Origin: Felis catus
Lineage: Eukaryota
NCBI RefSeq assembly: GCF_018350175.1
Contig: NC_058368.1
Location: forward strand, 94,118,001 to 94,182,000
Length of the DNA: 64,000 bases
Direction of reading: 5' to 3'
Shown: piece by piece, positions 23,740 to 37,400 of the stretch
Layout of the letters: every line of letters begins with the position of its first letter
Numbering within the stretch: the first letter of the stretch is position 1
Made by a program: the position numbers and the translations under genes
The notes under the pieces: generated by a model
Told to the model about the DNA's origin: nothing
Databases searched by the model: none
Seen by the model: only the letters and a program-made list of their open reading frames with translations

Positions 23740-26340
23740 AAAACCCTCATATGTTTCAGAACTCTTAAAAGCACACTACAAAAAATTCATGGGAGCTATA
23801 AGGCAAGAAGAATAAATACAAGGCATAGAGTTTGGGAAGGAAGTAATAAAATTGCCATTCTGTGCACATGACATTAATGTGTATGTAGAAAATCCGAAGT
23901 GTCTCCACCCCACAAAAGATCTACCTAAAAAAAATTCATTTTAGTGTTTATTTATTTTTGAGAGAGAGAGACAGAGACAGAGCATGATGCAGGCTCCAGG
24001 CTCCCAGTTGTCTGTACAGAGCCGGAGGGGGGTTCAAACCCACAAGCCGTGAGATCATGACTTGAGCCAAAGGTGATGCTTAACTGACTGAGCCAACCAG
24101 GTGCCACCCCCCCCCCCAAATCTATTTAAATTCATACATGAAATTAGGTCACTAGGTGCAAGGTCAATATGCAAACTCAACTGTATCTCTATAGATTAGC
24201 AATAAATATCAGAACACAATAATTTTTAAGTACCATTTTTGATAGCTAAAACAATCAAATATCCAGAAATAAACTCCAGGGAAAAAATATCAATGAAAAA
24301 ATTAAAGCAGACCTGAATAAATGGAAAAATATGCCACTATCATGGATTGAAAGACTCACTATTGATTAAATGTCAATTCTATCCAAGTTAACCTATAGAT
24401 ATAACGCTAATCAAAATTCCAGCAGGTTTTTGTTTGTGGAAACTGATAAGCTGATTTAAAATTTCATATGGTAATACAAAGAATCTGGGATGACCAAATC
24501 AATCTTGTAGAAAGAAAAAGAGTTTGAGCATTTAGACTACCAGGTTTTAAGGCTTATCATAAAGCTATATTAAATAAGACAATGTGATATTGCTACAAGG
24601 ATTGCCAGTGGCACCAAAAAGTCCAGAACAGATTCATAGAAAAATACTGCTGCAATTCACTGCGGGGAAAGGATTATCTCCTCAATATTTTTTTTTAAGT
24701 TTTTATTTTATTTTATTTATTTTGAGAGAGAGAGAGAGCATGTGCACATGTGTGTGTGGGGGGGGCGCAGAAAAAGAGGCAGAGAGAATCCCAAGCAGGC
24801 TGCTTGCTGTTAATGCAGAGCCTGACACAGAGCTCAGTCCCATGAACCGTGAGATCATGACCCGAGTGGAAATCAGGAGTCCACTGCTTAAGCAACTGAG
24901 CCACTCATGCACACCTCTCAATATTCTTTCTAATAAATGGCATTTGGTCAGTTGGATATCCATATGGAAAAGAAAATGAACTTTGAATCCTATATACCAT
25001 ACACAAAAATTAAGAAATGGGTCATATGCTTAAATGTAAATGGTAAAACAATGAAGCTTTTAAGAGAAAACATACGAGAATATCTTCATGACCTTGGTGG
25101 GGGCAAGGATTTCTTAAACAGGGCATGATAAACCCAACCACCAAAAGACAAAAAGTTAGATTACACTGAGTTATTCACTTCAATTCATCAAAAGAGACCA
25201 TTTGGAGAGTGAAAAGGCAAGCCTCAGACCAGACGAAGAAATTCCTAACTCATATATCTGTGAAGGACTGATCCCGAGTATGTAAAAAACTCTTACAACC
25301 CGATCAAAAGAAGACGACCCAATTTAGAAATAGGCAAAAGGTTTGAACAAACACTCATAAAAGAAGATATTCAAGTAGCCACCAAGCATATGACTAAGGT
25401 ATTCAACATTATAATCAGCACAGAAATGGAGATTAAAAGGACTTTGAGATACTACACACACAGCCAGAATAGCTAAAATTAAAAAAAAAAAAAGAAAGGA
25501 AAAATTAACAATACCAAATATTAATAGGATGTGGAATGATTACGACTGGGAGTATAAGTTGGTAAAAACCACAATGGAAAAAACATTTGGAAGTATCTAA
25601 TAAAGTTAAATATATGCCTACCTTACTAAGACCCCACAATGCTCCTGCTAGTGTTATACACAGGAGAAATGAGGACATATGTCCACCAAAAGACAATTAT
25701 AAGAACATCCGTAGTGCTATTCATACCTCAAACTAGAAACAATCCAAATATGCATCAAGAATAGAATGAATGAGGGTCGCCTAGGTGACTCATTTGTTTA
25801 AGGGTCCAACTTTAGCTCAGGTCATGATCTCACGGTTCACGGGTTCGAGCCCCGCATTGGGCGCTGTGCTGACACCTCAGAGCCTGAAGCCTGCTTTGGA
25901 TTCTGCCTCCTTCTCTCTCCTCCTCCTCTGCTCGTGCTCTCTCTGTCTCTCAAAAATAAAATAAGCATTAAAAAAAACAGTAGGGTGAATGAATAATGAA
26001 TATATTTACTGCCAGTAATGAAGAGAGGGTGAGGGAGAGATATATACTTGCTACAACGTGAATAAATCTCACAGTAACAAAATGGGATGTATGATTCAAA
26101 TTTCGATGTTCAAAAAGAGGCAAAACTAATTCATGATGTTAAAAGTTAATAGTGCTCACTTCTAGGGAAGTATTTATCAGTGAGGGGCATAAAAGAGCTC
26201 TTTGGGATGCTGGAAATGTTCTATACCTTGATCTAGAGAATGGCTATACAGGTGTATACACATGCACCATTCATGGGCTTGTTCACTTCAAGACTTGTGT
26301 GCACTTTACGTATAGTATACTTCCACAATTTTTTTAAACC
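23740..26340 (+). mobile_element. Old L1 (L1M-type) ORF2 plus 3' end, interrupted by SINEs
   Basis: gacctgaataaatggaaaaatatgcc...catggattgaaagactc; KLLRENIREYLHDLGGGKDFLN; typical 3' terminus. Confidence 0.85.
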
Positions 26341-27499
26341 ATGGGCTAAAGAAGATATTGTAAGAAAATTATAATATACTTGGAGCTGAAGGAGACAGAA
26401 AGCACTACATATCAAAATTTGTGGGATACAAAATTTAGAGGGCCATTTATATCCTTCCTTGATCGTACATACTACAAAACAAGAAAGATGGGAAATTAAT
26501 GAGCTATTCAACTTTTTTAAAATGCTAGGACAAGAACCATAGAGAAATGCTAAAGAAAACTGGCAGAGGGGTGCGTGCGTGGCTCAGTCAGTTAAGCATC
26601 CTGACCCTTGATTTCAGCTCAGGCAGTGATCTCACGGTTTGTAGGTTTGAGCCCTGCATCAGGCATTGATTTGCCATGGCAAAGCCTGGTTGGGATTCTG
26701 TCTCCCTCTCTGTCCCTCCCTCACTCCCTCTCTGTCTCTCTCTCTCAGAAAACAAAAAACAAAAAAAAAATCTGGCTGAAATATGTTAAAAGCAGAAATT
26801 AATATAACAGAAAAAAATAGTAGCTCAGAAGAGAAATGCATATAAAGTAATAAAAGGAAGCCACAGGCAGCAGAAGCCATTTACAGAGAAGAAAATGAAC
26901 AGTCATGAGTTAGTAGTAACAGAAACAGACCAGCCCTGCAAGAGGGAGTACAGCATACTCTACTTTATGCCTCTGTGATGTGGCAATTTCTAGAGTGGCT
27001 GTTTTATTCCAGAGCTGCAGACAGACTACTGGAGCCACAGCTGTATCAGGAATTGTGGTTCAATTCTGCATAAAGTATCTTTGTTTATTTACTTTTGGGA
27101 GAGAGAGACAGAGAGAGAGAAAGACAGAGAGAGAGAGACAGAGCACAAGTAGGGGAGGGGCAGAGAAAGAGAGACACACAGAATCCGGAGCAGGCTTCAG
27201 GCTCTGAGCTGTCAGCACACAGCCCGATGTGGGGATGGAACCCACGAACCATGAGACCATGACCTAAATTGAAATCTGATGCTTAACCAACTGAGCCACC
27301 CAGGCGCCCCTCCATGAAGCCTCTTGAAACTGTTTCCTGATCTCTCTTACTGTCACAGGAATTCTTGAAATAAAATCCTATCCTTAGAGGTAACTTGACC
27401 TTGTCTCTTAATTCTTGCAACCTGTTGTGTTTACCTGACCAGTGTCCTTTCCCTCTTGTTTTGCTAACGTCCTATCATTTAGCCCTCTGGGAACCACTC

Positions 27500-27965
27500 C
27501 TCACACATGCTGACTACATATGGTTTTGTTTCGTGAGATACTGACCCAGTCCCCCAGTTCGATGTTGGACCCATGATCCAGGCACGGCTAAGTAAAACAC
27601 AAGCTTACAGGTGGTTGGAGCAGGGATGGGCCCCTGCTCCACTGGGCCGATCAGTGTCATTCTTATGATTTTACAGGAAACCACTGGGAAGATGGTGACC
27701 TCTTTCCTTGAGGTTATTAGCCTGGTTGAATTAAGCCTAAAGTTACTGATGACCATTTTTCCAACACAATGCAAAGAATGCCTTGCCTGAGACTGATGCC
27801 CATAGAGGAGGAAAGCAGAGCAGACATGGAGAATAAGAAGGTGCAAGACAGGTTGAGAACAATATTGTTGGAGGTCCTGGATCCAGCAGTGGCTGCTCCC
27901 AAAAGCAATTGCTTTTTTGCCCAGACTAATTTGTTTTAGATTTCTGCATTTGCAATTCGATGTCC
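27500..27965 (+). mobile_element. Probable old MaLR/MLT1-type LTR fragment
   Basis: cctggatccagcagtggctg...tttctgcatttgcaattcga-type 3' end. Confidence 0.45.
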
Positions 27966-28473
27966 TAAAGTAAGATTAGACCAATACAAAAAAAAACAAA
28001 AAACAAAAAACAAAACCCTACCTCAGCTACTTTGAAAGAATAAAAATGTCACTTCTCCAGGGCACCTGGGTGGCTCAGTTGGTTAAGCGTCTGACTTCAG
28101 CTCAGGTCACGGTCTCATGGTTAGTGGGTTTGAGCCCCACATTGGGCTCTGTGCTGACAATGCTTGGAACCTGCTTCAGATTCTGTGTCTCCCTCTCTCT
28201 CTGTCCCTCCCCCACCTCATGCTCTCTCCCTCTCTCTTTCAAAAATAAATATTTAAAAAAACTAAAAAAAGAAATCACTGTTCCTTTGGCAACCTCCAGG
28301 ATCTCAACATAGGTTTTTCCTTAATGTTACACTTATTTTTTCCCTTTAAATGAGTGCTTAGAAGATAGTTTCTATAATATGCAACATGTACAAAATGTTT
28401 GCTGATTGTGTTTTCATTGGAACTTTTGGAAGATTCAGCCCGTGGTTTAAATTTAAATTTGGGAGATGAATAC

Positions 28474-28830
28474 CCTCATTTGGCAGAGTTCATGTGCGTT
28501 CAGTAGTTGTAAGACAATTTAAGTACACCTTCCCTGAAGAATTGTTCTCCTCTCTTCCTTGGAGCCTCCTGGACCGAAGCTGCTAAAATGAGATTTACAA
28601 TTAGTGGTGCGATCGTAAAACTCAGGAAGACCAGGGCTCTTAGAAACTGTGAGGAGCTCTCCCAAGTTTTCGAATACTCGGAATTCAAACCTTCTGAGTG
28701 TTATCCTTCATTTCCCCACACAGTCCGTGAGTAAAGGAAATCAGATCCCAGCAGTGTCCACAATGAGAGCGGAGCTAATCTCCATTCTATCCTGTGATCT
28801 GCTCTGAGGCCAAGCCCTTGGCTCATACTG

Positions 28831-28863
<33 letters not shown>

Positions 28864-29223
28864 CCTCTTTCAACAATGTGCTCTCCTCCAGAGAAAAGCC
28901 CGCATTCCTACACCATCAATACTGAAAGGATCCTCTGGTGCTTTCAAAGCGCATGGCGTAGAACTAAGCTTGCAGTTTTCATTGGGATGGGTTTCAATTC
29001 TGGCTTTAGGAGAGTGAATTTTGACAGGAGATCCTTCTCGGTTAATGCTAATCAGTGGTTAATCGGACAGAGCTGTAGAGACTGCAGGTGGCTGGATCAT
29101 TCTTGCCTCTCAATTAGAGTCTTAACTGACGAAATGTACAGCGTCCCAAAGGAGGCGATTCAAACGACACCCTGCTGTCCTCGAGCAAACACGTTCTCTC
29201 ACTTTGGCCTTGATGGGTTTCCC
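28474..29223 (-). pseudogene. Candidate long pseudo-exon starting GKPIKAKVRERVCSRTAGCRLNRLLWDAV, interrupted by a (CA)n tract
   Basis: Acceptor ctatctctag|GGG is phase 0, matching the 30385 donor. The 3' boundary is uncertain (possible donor AGG|gtattc). Confidence 0.55.
28829..28863 (+). repeat. (TG)n microsatellite inside the candidate exon
   Basis: Direct reading. Confidence 0.95.
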
Positions 29224-30384
29224 CTAGAGATAGATTCTGTGCCGCCCCACCCCCCAACTGCCGCCCCCACGGAATCAAGCAAGATGCATTACTATTTTAT
29301 GAGATGCTGAAAACAAAGCACTTTTCAGCAAACAAGCAATAGGAATGTTTCTTTGGGCTTGCTGCCTGGCTCATTTTGTTTCTAAACACTGGCAGTGTTA
29401 CATCAGTGTAAGACGATACACCAAGTCTGATTTACAAACATTTAATGATTGGAATAAATACAGATAACACTACATCTAAAGTTCTCCAGAGAACTGAGAA
29501 ACAAGAAACATATCTGCCTCCTCCTGGGAGAATCTAGGACTTAAATACTTGCAAGTAACTTTTGCTAAAAATTCTTTTTCTTTCCCCTTATACTCTGGCG
29601 TCTGGCTTAAATACATCTTGAATGAGTGAATAAATGAATGGATAAATTCTAGTTCACCGTGGAGATCTTCCTTCTGTTATTTTTTTTTAAAGATTTTATT
29701 TTTTGAGTAATCTCGACACCCAGTGTGGAGCTTGAACTCACAACCTGGAAATCGAGAGTCACACGCTCCACTGACAGCCAGCCAGGCGCCTCTCCTCTCT
29801 TTTGTAACCAAATTCTGGCATTTGAAACACATTTTCCAGTATTTGGTCAATTTTAACAACCTTGGAGTCAAATAGCTTGCAGTTAAACCTCTGATGCTTA
29901 AGGTCATGAGTAGACGCCTTTGGTTTATCTGTCAGGATGTCTTTAAAAAAAATTTTTTTTTAGTGTTTATTATATTTTCAGAGAGAGAGCAAGCGCGAGA
30001 GAGGGAGAGAGAGAGAGAGAGAGCGAGCCAGGGAGGGGCAGAGAGAGAGGGAGACACAGAATCCGAAGCAGGCTCCAGGCTAACCCCAGGATGTCTTTTT
30101 TTTTTTTTTTTTTAGTTTATTTATTTTGAGAGAGAGATAGAGAATGAGCAGGGGAGGTACAGACAGTAAGGGAGACAGAGAATCCCAAGCAGGGAGCCCC
30201 GGATGTAGGGCTTGAACTCACGAACCAGGAGATTATGACCTGAGATGAAATCAAGAGACACATGCCTAACTGACTGAGCCACCCAGGTCCCCTGGATGTC
30301 TTTCTTTAAAGGAATTGTTCTTTCCTTCAATTTTGTCCCAGAAACCTAAAGAGTAGTGCCTGAGAAGAAAAATACAATATTCAC

Positions 30385-30655
30385 CTTCTTTCTTTCTGGC
30401 CAGTAATCGCACAGCCTGACAGATTTTCCCTGTTCGTTGATTGGTGGAACTCTTAAGGATGGGTAATATTTTTTTGTAAGATGCTGATCTGCCAAATCAA
30501 GCCAGGCACAGAGTGTCAGATCAGAAGCAGAATTCCATGTCCCCAGAGGGACAATGTGTTCTGAAGAAACAGAGCCAAAGTTTCCAGAGCTTTGACGCTG
30601 TTCTACACATTGTGTCCAAGGATGCTCTCCTCTGTAATTTATCTCAGTAATTTCA
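30385..30655 (-). pseudogene. Pseudo-exon ...IVPLGTWNSASDLTLCAWLDLADQHLTKKYYPSLRVPP...CDYWPERKK
   Basis: Open frame (ORF 30346..30720) with donor AAG|gtgaat. The acceptor is at 30655 or 30631. Confidence 0.65.
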
Positions 30656-31189
30656 CTGTGAATTTTTAATCCAAAAAGAAAAACCTTTTTCAAGCACTTG
30701 CAAGTTATTTGTTTGGCCATCTAGCTCTTTTGCATGGTGACTGCCTTTCTATACGAGGATTACACCTCTGGTGCTGTGTGTGAGTGTGTATGGTTTTCAA
30801 TGAGGGCATTTGTTTCCTTGGTTTTAGAGGAGCCTTCCTTCCTTGGACTATTTCAGTAACTTCCAACATCCATCATTACTGGGTTTTCCAACAGCTCAAC
30901 TTTGGCTAGCAGGTCTCGACCCACCCTTTTTAACCTATACTAAAAAAAAAAAATCCCAAATCTGGACACACCAACCTATTGGGGTTTGGAGTTACATCTT
31001 GATCATTTGAAGCATGAGAGTCGAACACTGTGGTTGACTTTTCTAACTTTTCTCTCCGCTGCTGTGCCACTCATTCTACTTTTTTCTCTCCCGTGTCCTC
31101 CCTTGAGAGTCAACTCAGATTCCTATACAAAATCTGGTATTTATTCCGTGCAAATTATGACTTCACTTCAAGAGTTAAAATTCTTCTTG

Positions 31190-32150
31190 TGAAATTCTCA
31201 CGTGTTTTTCTTCTCCTGCACAACTTTGTTAATGCCGTGTTCTGGCCTCCTGGCCATGTGGTCTGGGCATTTGGCTCAGTCTTCCTCTTCATGCTTCGCT
31301 GGCCCTGTCCTGAGACATCTAACTGTCCATTGCCAAGCAAACATCCTAGCTTCTGAGCACCTTGACCTTCTCAACGCCAGGGGTTTTCAACAACGGTCCA
31401 TGAAAATCTATTCCCATGGACCACAGTCTGGGCTATGTCATGATTGATAGCTGATCTTCAGGGGATATCCTATACATTAAGAGTGTATATAGCCTCTGTC
31501 AGCACTCTCTTATTCTTCCCGCTCACTCTTCTGCTCTCCATACAGCTAATCTCATCCATGTCCAGTCCTTGGAGCCACTTAAGTGTCTCCCAATTTACCA
31601 CATTCCCTTGGATGACATATCTGGTCCATCGCTGTCCTTGCTGACCTGCCTTCATGTCCTTGTGTTTTACTGGATTCACAAAACCATAGTCCATGAGCTG
31701 GGCCATCATACTTCTCATCTGCTCCTACCCATCGGTGGGTGTGTATGGTGGACAAGATTGTACAACAGGATAACCTGGAAATACTGGTCACAAATGATCT
31801 CCAGTCGCCATGCTGAGCTACCACATGCAACAGTGAGTGGATGACGTTGATCCTGACTTCATTGAGAAGTTGCAAGTCATTGAACAGACATGCCCTCAGC
31901 TGACCACCCTTGCTGCCTACAAACCTACAAACATACCCTAACTGCACCGCCTCATCTTTTTCCATGCTCCCTCAGTAAAAGAGGCATCCTTTCTGCTGAA
32001 AAAGGGTGATCTTTTCATTTTAGTTTTTAATGCTAACCCAGTACCATCTCCTTCTCTTTACCTGCCTGCTCCTAACTCATTCTTCCTCAGCAAATATTTA
32101 CTAAACACTTAGCTCTTTGCCTACATTCCCATCACCTTCTCCTGGTGGCT
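31190..32150 (+). mobile_element. L2 LINE ORF2 remnant (endonuclease and linker)
   Basis: Plus-strand VFWPPGH...LRHLTVH...NILASEHLDLL...YSHG.HSLGYV and WWTRLYNRITWKYWSQMIS match recalled L2 motifs YRPPGH, GDFNIH, LASQFLDLL, HGHTLDLV and WRK.HNRADW. Confidence 0.75.
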
Positions 32151-32324
32151 GGGGGGGGGGGGCGGAAATCACTGCTTTCCTTGAGAAATGCTCTCACCAC
32201 CACCACCCCCCCCCCCCCCCATCTAGCCAGGAAGCTCAGCAAGGGTTCCATGTTCTCACATAATCCTACATGCCAGTTATAGCTGATTCTCAAGGAAAAG
32301 TTCCTGGCTCAGCACCGGGAATAC

Positions 32325-32429
32325 GTTCAAGGTGGGATCCCAAGGACCTGAGTGGGCACTCAAGGTGTCATGTGGTCAGAGTAGTAAAGCGCTTCTCTCT
32401 CTGAGCATGGGGTGAATCGGTTTGTTGTT
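32325..32429 (-). pseudogene. Candidate pseudo-exon (105 nt)
   Basis: Strong acceptor ttttcttctctcctcggtttag| with a weak donor gtattc. Confidence 0.4.
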
Positions 32430-32632
32430 CTAAACCGAGGAGAGAAGAAAACCAAAAGCAGAGAGAACAGGAGAATCAGAATGAGCAAACCAGATGGAGA
32501 TCAGCTGGGACTAGGTAGGAAGTGTTGGTGGAACTCCAAAGCTGGGGGAGAGGGCAGGCGGAAGTGGTGAGAAGGGAATGGAAGGAGAGGGAGGTGAACA
32601 CTGTTCCCAACACGGGAAACCTATTCCTTTAC

Positions 32633-32764
32633 TTGAAGGTGCTTCTGTTGTCCTTTCACCAGTCATCCCCCATCTTCCCACATGTCCCCCAAAAACATCT
32701 TTTGAGGGGATTTTGTTGTCGGTGCTGGGATTTAAAGAGGGGCCTGACTCTCACATCTGTGTCA
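32633..32764 (-). pseudogene. Candidate pseudo-exon
   Basis: Acceptor catcacag| and donor CAA|gtaaag. The frame is unresolved. Confidence 0.3.
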
Positions 32765-32867
32765 CTGTGATGCAGCACAGGGACCTCTCACATGGAAGAA
32801 AGGATCAAGACAAAGAGATCTTGAGATTGTAAAATGTGCCCACTTGCCCCCCACCCCTGAGACTTAC

Positions 32868-32936
32868 AGAAATTATGGAAGAGCTTTGGACTTCCATGGG
32901 CTTGGGGTCCAAGTCAACTTTACCACTTGTTTTTTT
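32868..32936 (-). pseudogene. Pseudo-exon (69 nt; KKTSGKVDLDPKPMEVQSSSIIS)
   Basis: Strong acceptor cttcttcttgtctttcag| and donor TCT|gtaagt. Confidence 0.65.
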
Positions 32937-33112
32937 CTGAAAGACAAGAAGAAGGTCCTGCTGACGCTGGGTTATATGTTATATACCCAAGTCCGTAAAT
33001 GGCAATCGACACACAGATTCTGAAAATAAGATTTGCCAAACAATAATGGGATTTGGGACTCCTCTTTGTACAAACCCTTTAAAAAACTTTTTAATGTTTA
33101 TTTATCCTTGAA

Positions 33113-33143
<31 letters not shown>

Positions 33144-33649
33144 CAGAGCGAGCGAGCATGAGCAGGGGAAGGAGAAGGGGGGAGAGAGAGGGAGACACAG
33201 AATCCAAAGCAGGCTCCAGGCTCTGAGCTGCCAGCACCGAGTCAGACGTGGGGCTCAAACCTGCAAACTGTGAGATCATGACCTGAGCTGAAGTCGGACG
33301 CTTAATTGAACCACACAGGATTCCTGTGCAAGCCCTTTTAAAAATTATTATGGGGGCTCCTGGGTGGCTCAGCTGGTTGAGCACTGGACTTTTGATTTTG
33401 GCTCAGTTCATGATCCCACGTTCCCAAGATCAAGCCCCATGTTGGGCTCTTAGCTGACAGTGCAGAGCCTGCTTGGGATTCCCTCTCTCTCCCTCTCTCT
33501 CTCGCCCTCCCTCTCTGTGCATGCATGCACTCTCACTCTCTCTCAAAATAGATAAAAAAAACTTAATTATTATGGGTGACTCATGCACAATTATATAGAC
33601 TTACTCTACTTTTTTGTTTTTTATTTTTTTTAAAGTTTATTCCTTTATT

Positions 33650-33681
<32 letters not shown>

Positions 33682-33916
33682 AAGAGACAGCATGAGCAGG
33701 GGAGGGGCAGAGAGAGAGGAAGACACAGAATCCCAAACAGGCTCCACGCTCTGAGCTGTCAGCACAGACCGATGTAAGGCTTGAACCCATGAACCGTGAG
33801 ATCATGACCTGAGCTGAAATCAAGAGTCAGACGCTTAACTGACAGAGCTACCCAGGCACCCCTAGACTTACTCTACTTTAAATGAAGACCAAAATTAGCC
33901 AGTTAGCAGAGTTTAC

Positions 33917-34077
33917 TGAAGACCAGTACAAGACATCTAGCTGCCACTGAGTGCTGTAAGATTCCCATTGCCCTTGACACAGGAAGAGCAGAATTTCCAT
34001 TGATTCTCAGACTGCACTGCATTATCTGCACCATCAGTGCTGACCTGAGTGGGTCATGGTTTCCATTACTGCTGTTC
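33917..34077 (-). pseudogene. Candidate pseudo-exon
   Basis: Acceptor ttatttcag| and donor TCA|gtaaac. Open frame inside ORF 33903..34175. Confidence 0.45.
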
Positions 34078-34439
34078 CTGAAATAATTAATATAAATTAA
34101 GGATGTTTTCCTTCTGGGGATCATTTTGTTTTTATGTAATCGTAATCTTTTCTGTAATTGCTGAAATGTTACCATTTTTATTTTAATTTGGGTCCTCTCT
34201 AAGCCTGGGTTATCACCAAGTTCTTTTTTTCCAGTGGGAGATGGGAATAGCTTGGGTAGGTAGGCTGCAGCAACTTTTGTCCTGACTATGTTGGCAGAAG
34301 TCTAAGAAATTTTAAATCTCCTGAGCTTAGGGGCTTTCATTAGTCCCTTTGTAAGAAGCTTTTCATTCTATGCTTTAAAGATGTGGATTCTAAAGTATAG
34401 AAAAGTTATGCTCACTTTCACTTTGGAAAGGTGGATTCT

Positions 34440-37400
34440 GATGCATCCTTTTATTTGTTTCTCTAGGGTCAGTAGTGATGTCTCCTCTTTTATTCCTAAC
34501 TTTAGTAATTTGAGTCTTCTCTATTTTTTTTTAACTTCTAATGTTTATTTAGTTTTAAGAGAGAGAAAGAGAGAGAGACAGAGTGCAGGTAGGGAAGGGG
34601 CAGAGAAAGAGAAAGACACAGAATCAGAGGCAGGCTCCAGGCTCTGAGCTGTCAGCACAGAGCCCAACGCGGGGCTCGAACCCACAAACTGTGACATCAT
34701 AACCTGAGCCAAAGTTGGATGCTTAACCTACCGAGCCACCCAGGTGCCCCAAGTTTTCTCTGTTCTTGATCAGTGTGGCTAAAGATTTACCAATTGCTTT
34801 TTAACCTTTTCAAAGAACCAACTTTTGGTTTTATTGATTTTCTCTATTGCTTTTTTAAATTTTCTATTTCATTATTTTCTACTCTAAACATTATTATTTC
34901 CTTCCTTCTTTTGTTTTAGGTTTAGTTTGCTCTTAAGTGTCTTGAAGTGGAAGGTTAGGCTATGTATGTGAGATCTTATTTATTTTTTAATGTAGGCATT
35001 TACACCTGTAACTATCTAAGTACTATATGAGAGGTGACTCATAAGTTTCAGTGTGTCATGTCTTCGTTTTCATTCATCTCAAAGTATTTTTAACTTTCCG
35101 TTGTGACTTTTTTTGACTTATTGGCTACTTATGACTATGTTTTAAAATTTCCATAGATTTATCAATGTCCCCAATTTCTCTGTTACTGATTTCTAATTAT
35201 ATTCCACTGTGATTGAAGAATATACTTTGTATGATTTCAATTCTTTTGAATTTATTGAAACTTGTTTTATGGCCTAGCATAAGGTATATACTAGACAATG
35301 TTCCATGGACACTTGAGAAAAATATATATCATGCTGCTATTGGGTGGAGTATTCAATAGATATCTATCAGGTGTAGTGGTTTTTAGTGTTATTCAAGTCT
35401 TTTATTTTTTGTTGATCTTCTGCTGTGTTGTTTTATCCATTTTTTTTTCCAGAGGAAAATGACTTTATTATTCACAACACAGCAAGCAGCATAAGTACCA
35501 GGGAACTGGGGTTCCCTGAGCCCCATTTTCCAAAGGACAATGTAAAGAGTGTCACGTGATACCCACAGAAGTAATAGAATGCATTACAGGGAGAGGTGCC
35601 CCAAACTTAGGGAAACTGTGTCTTTTATAACGGGCAGTATGTCTGTCTGAATTTTGCCCCAAAGGGAGACATTATCTTGTTTACTGGAGAGTAAATGAAT
35701 CTGCTTTTTGCTCCAAGGAAAACATTATCTCTATCTTCTAAGACTTTTCACTATACGAACATTCTCAAGAGATAATTCCGAAGAAAAGTAATCAGTACCT
35801 AGGCAAGGTATGTAAAAAAGTGAGAGACCCATGAAGAATTGTTTCTCAACACTGAAAAAGAAAATACTCCCTGGTTCCTTCTCCCCTCTAGTTACTACAC
35901 TATCACTACTCTTTCTTCCATAAGCAAATGTCTGAAAGTGTTTCCATTTTTCCATCATCCAGTCACTTCTTAAGCCATTGCATTTTTAAGTTCACTGTCA
36001 CTCATGAATACAAGAGACCCTTTGCCATTTTCATCTAACTTGTCTAACTTATGACAACTCCCTCCTTCTTGAGACTTTCTTTGCTTTGCTTTCCTAAAAT
36101 GAAATGTCTGCACCCTTCTTCTCTTCTCCCTCCTTCTCCTCATTCTCCTCCTCTCCTTCTCCTGAGATAAAATTCACATATCAAAAATTTACCTTGTTAA
36201 AATGTGCAATTCCGTGGTTTTTCATATATTATCTATATCACACAATCATCACCACTAATTCAGGACATTTCCTTCAACCTAAAAAGAAATCCCCTACTTA
36301 TGAGCAATCAGTCTTGATTCCTTCCTACCCTTGTCCCTACACATTACTCATCTGCTTCCTGTCTCTATGGATTTACATATTCTGGAATTTTATATAAATG
36401 GAATCATGCAATATATAGATATGGTCTTCTATAATTGGCTTCTTTCATTTTGCGAGATGGTTTCAAAGCTCACTGGTGTAGCATGTGTTGATATACATTC
36501 TTTTTTATGGCTGAATAACATTGCCTTGTATGGATACACTACATTTTGTTTATCCACCCATAAGGTGACAGATACTTGGGTTGTTTCCACCCTTTGGCTA
36601 TTAAGGAACAATGCTGCTATAAACATTTGTGTACAGATTTTTATGGAAACATATATTTCAATTTTCTTGGGTTGAACCCATTATTGAAAAATAAAGTATT
36701 GAAGCCTCTATTATTATTGAATTGTTGATTTCTCTCTTCAATTCTGTCAGTGTTTGGGGCTCAGTTGGTTGAGTATCTGACTTAGATTCAGGTCATGATC
36801 TCACATCTCTTGAGTTCGAGCTCCGTGGCGGGCTCTGTGCTGACAGCTTAGAGCCTGGAGCCTGCTTTGGATTCTGTCTCTCTCTCTCTCTCTCTGCTAC
36901 TTCCCCACTCATGTTCTGTCTCTCTCTGTCTCTCAAAAATGAATAAACATTTAAAAATTTTTTTTAATTTTTTCAGTGTTTACTCCACATATTATTTGTT
37001 AGTTTCATTTATAATTTTTATATCTTCCTAATGGATGGACCTATTTATCATTATAAAATGCCCATCTTGTCTTTTCTTTTTTTTAAATGTTTATTTATTT
37101 TTGAGAGAGAGACACAGAAAGGCAGAGTGTGAGTGGGGGAGGGCAGAGACACAGGAAGACACAGAATCCGAAGCAGGCTCCAGGGTCTGAGCTATCTGCA
37201 AAGAGCTGGATGTGGGGTTCGAATTCACGAACCGTGAGATCATGACCTGAGCCCAAGTTGGACACTTAACGGACTGAGCCACCCAGGAGCCCCTAGAATG
37301 CCCATCTTTATTTCAGTAATATTTTTTTTAATTTTTTTTTTCTTCAACGTTTATTTATTTTTGGGACAGAGAGAGACAGAGCATGAACGGGGGAGGGGCA

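Noticed and set aside
23300..26230. ~70-bp similarity between 23300-23370 and 26165-26230
   Set aside because: Both are 3'-end segments of related old L1 elements, not a specific duplication.
28600..28670. GELLTVSKSPGLPE resembling recalled GREB1 GFLLVGVKSPSLPD; also GFSGN near 14680 and SPVCWK near 16890
   Set aside because: These are isolated short matches without flanking similarity or a consistent order. I did not use them as evidence.
29110..29223. Alternative frame GETHQGQSERT...FRQLRL resembling the GREB1 N-terminus
   Set aside because: The phase-0 frame (GKPIK...LW) matches the upstream donor phase and the duplicated domain at 54073-54188. The resemblance is probably chance.
28834..29310. 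Longest plus-strand ORF (158 aa)
   Set aside because: It starts in a (TG)n tract and is the antisense shadow of a minus-strand pseudo-exon.
30976..31469. Minus-strand exon-like frame with HDIAQTVVHGNRFSWTV, resembling the distal His/Arg-x-Ser motif of 2OG-Fe(II) dioxygenases (tempting as a TET/JBP-like fusion)
   Set aside because: The same bases read as L2 endonuclease motifs on the plus strand, so the motif is most simply antisense L2 sequence.
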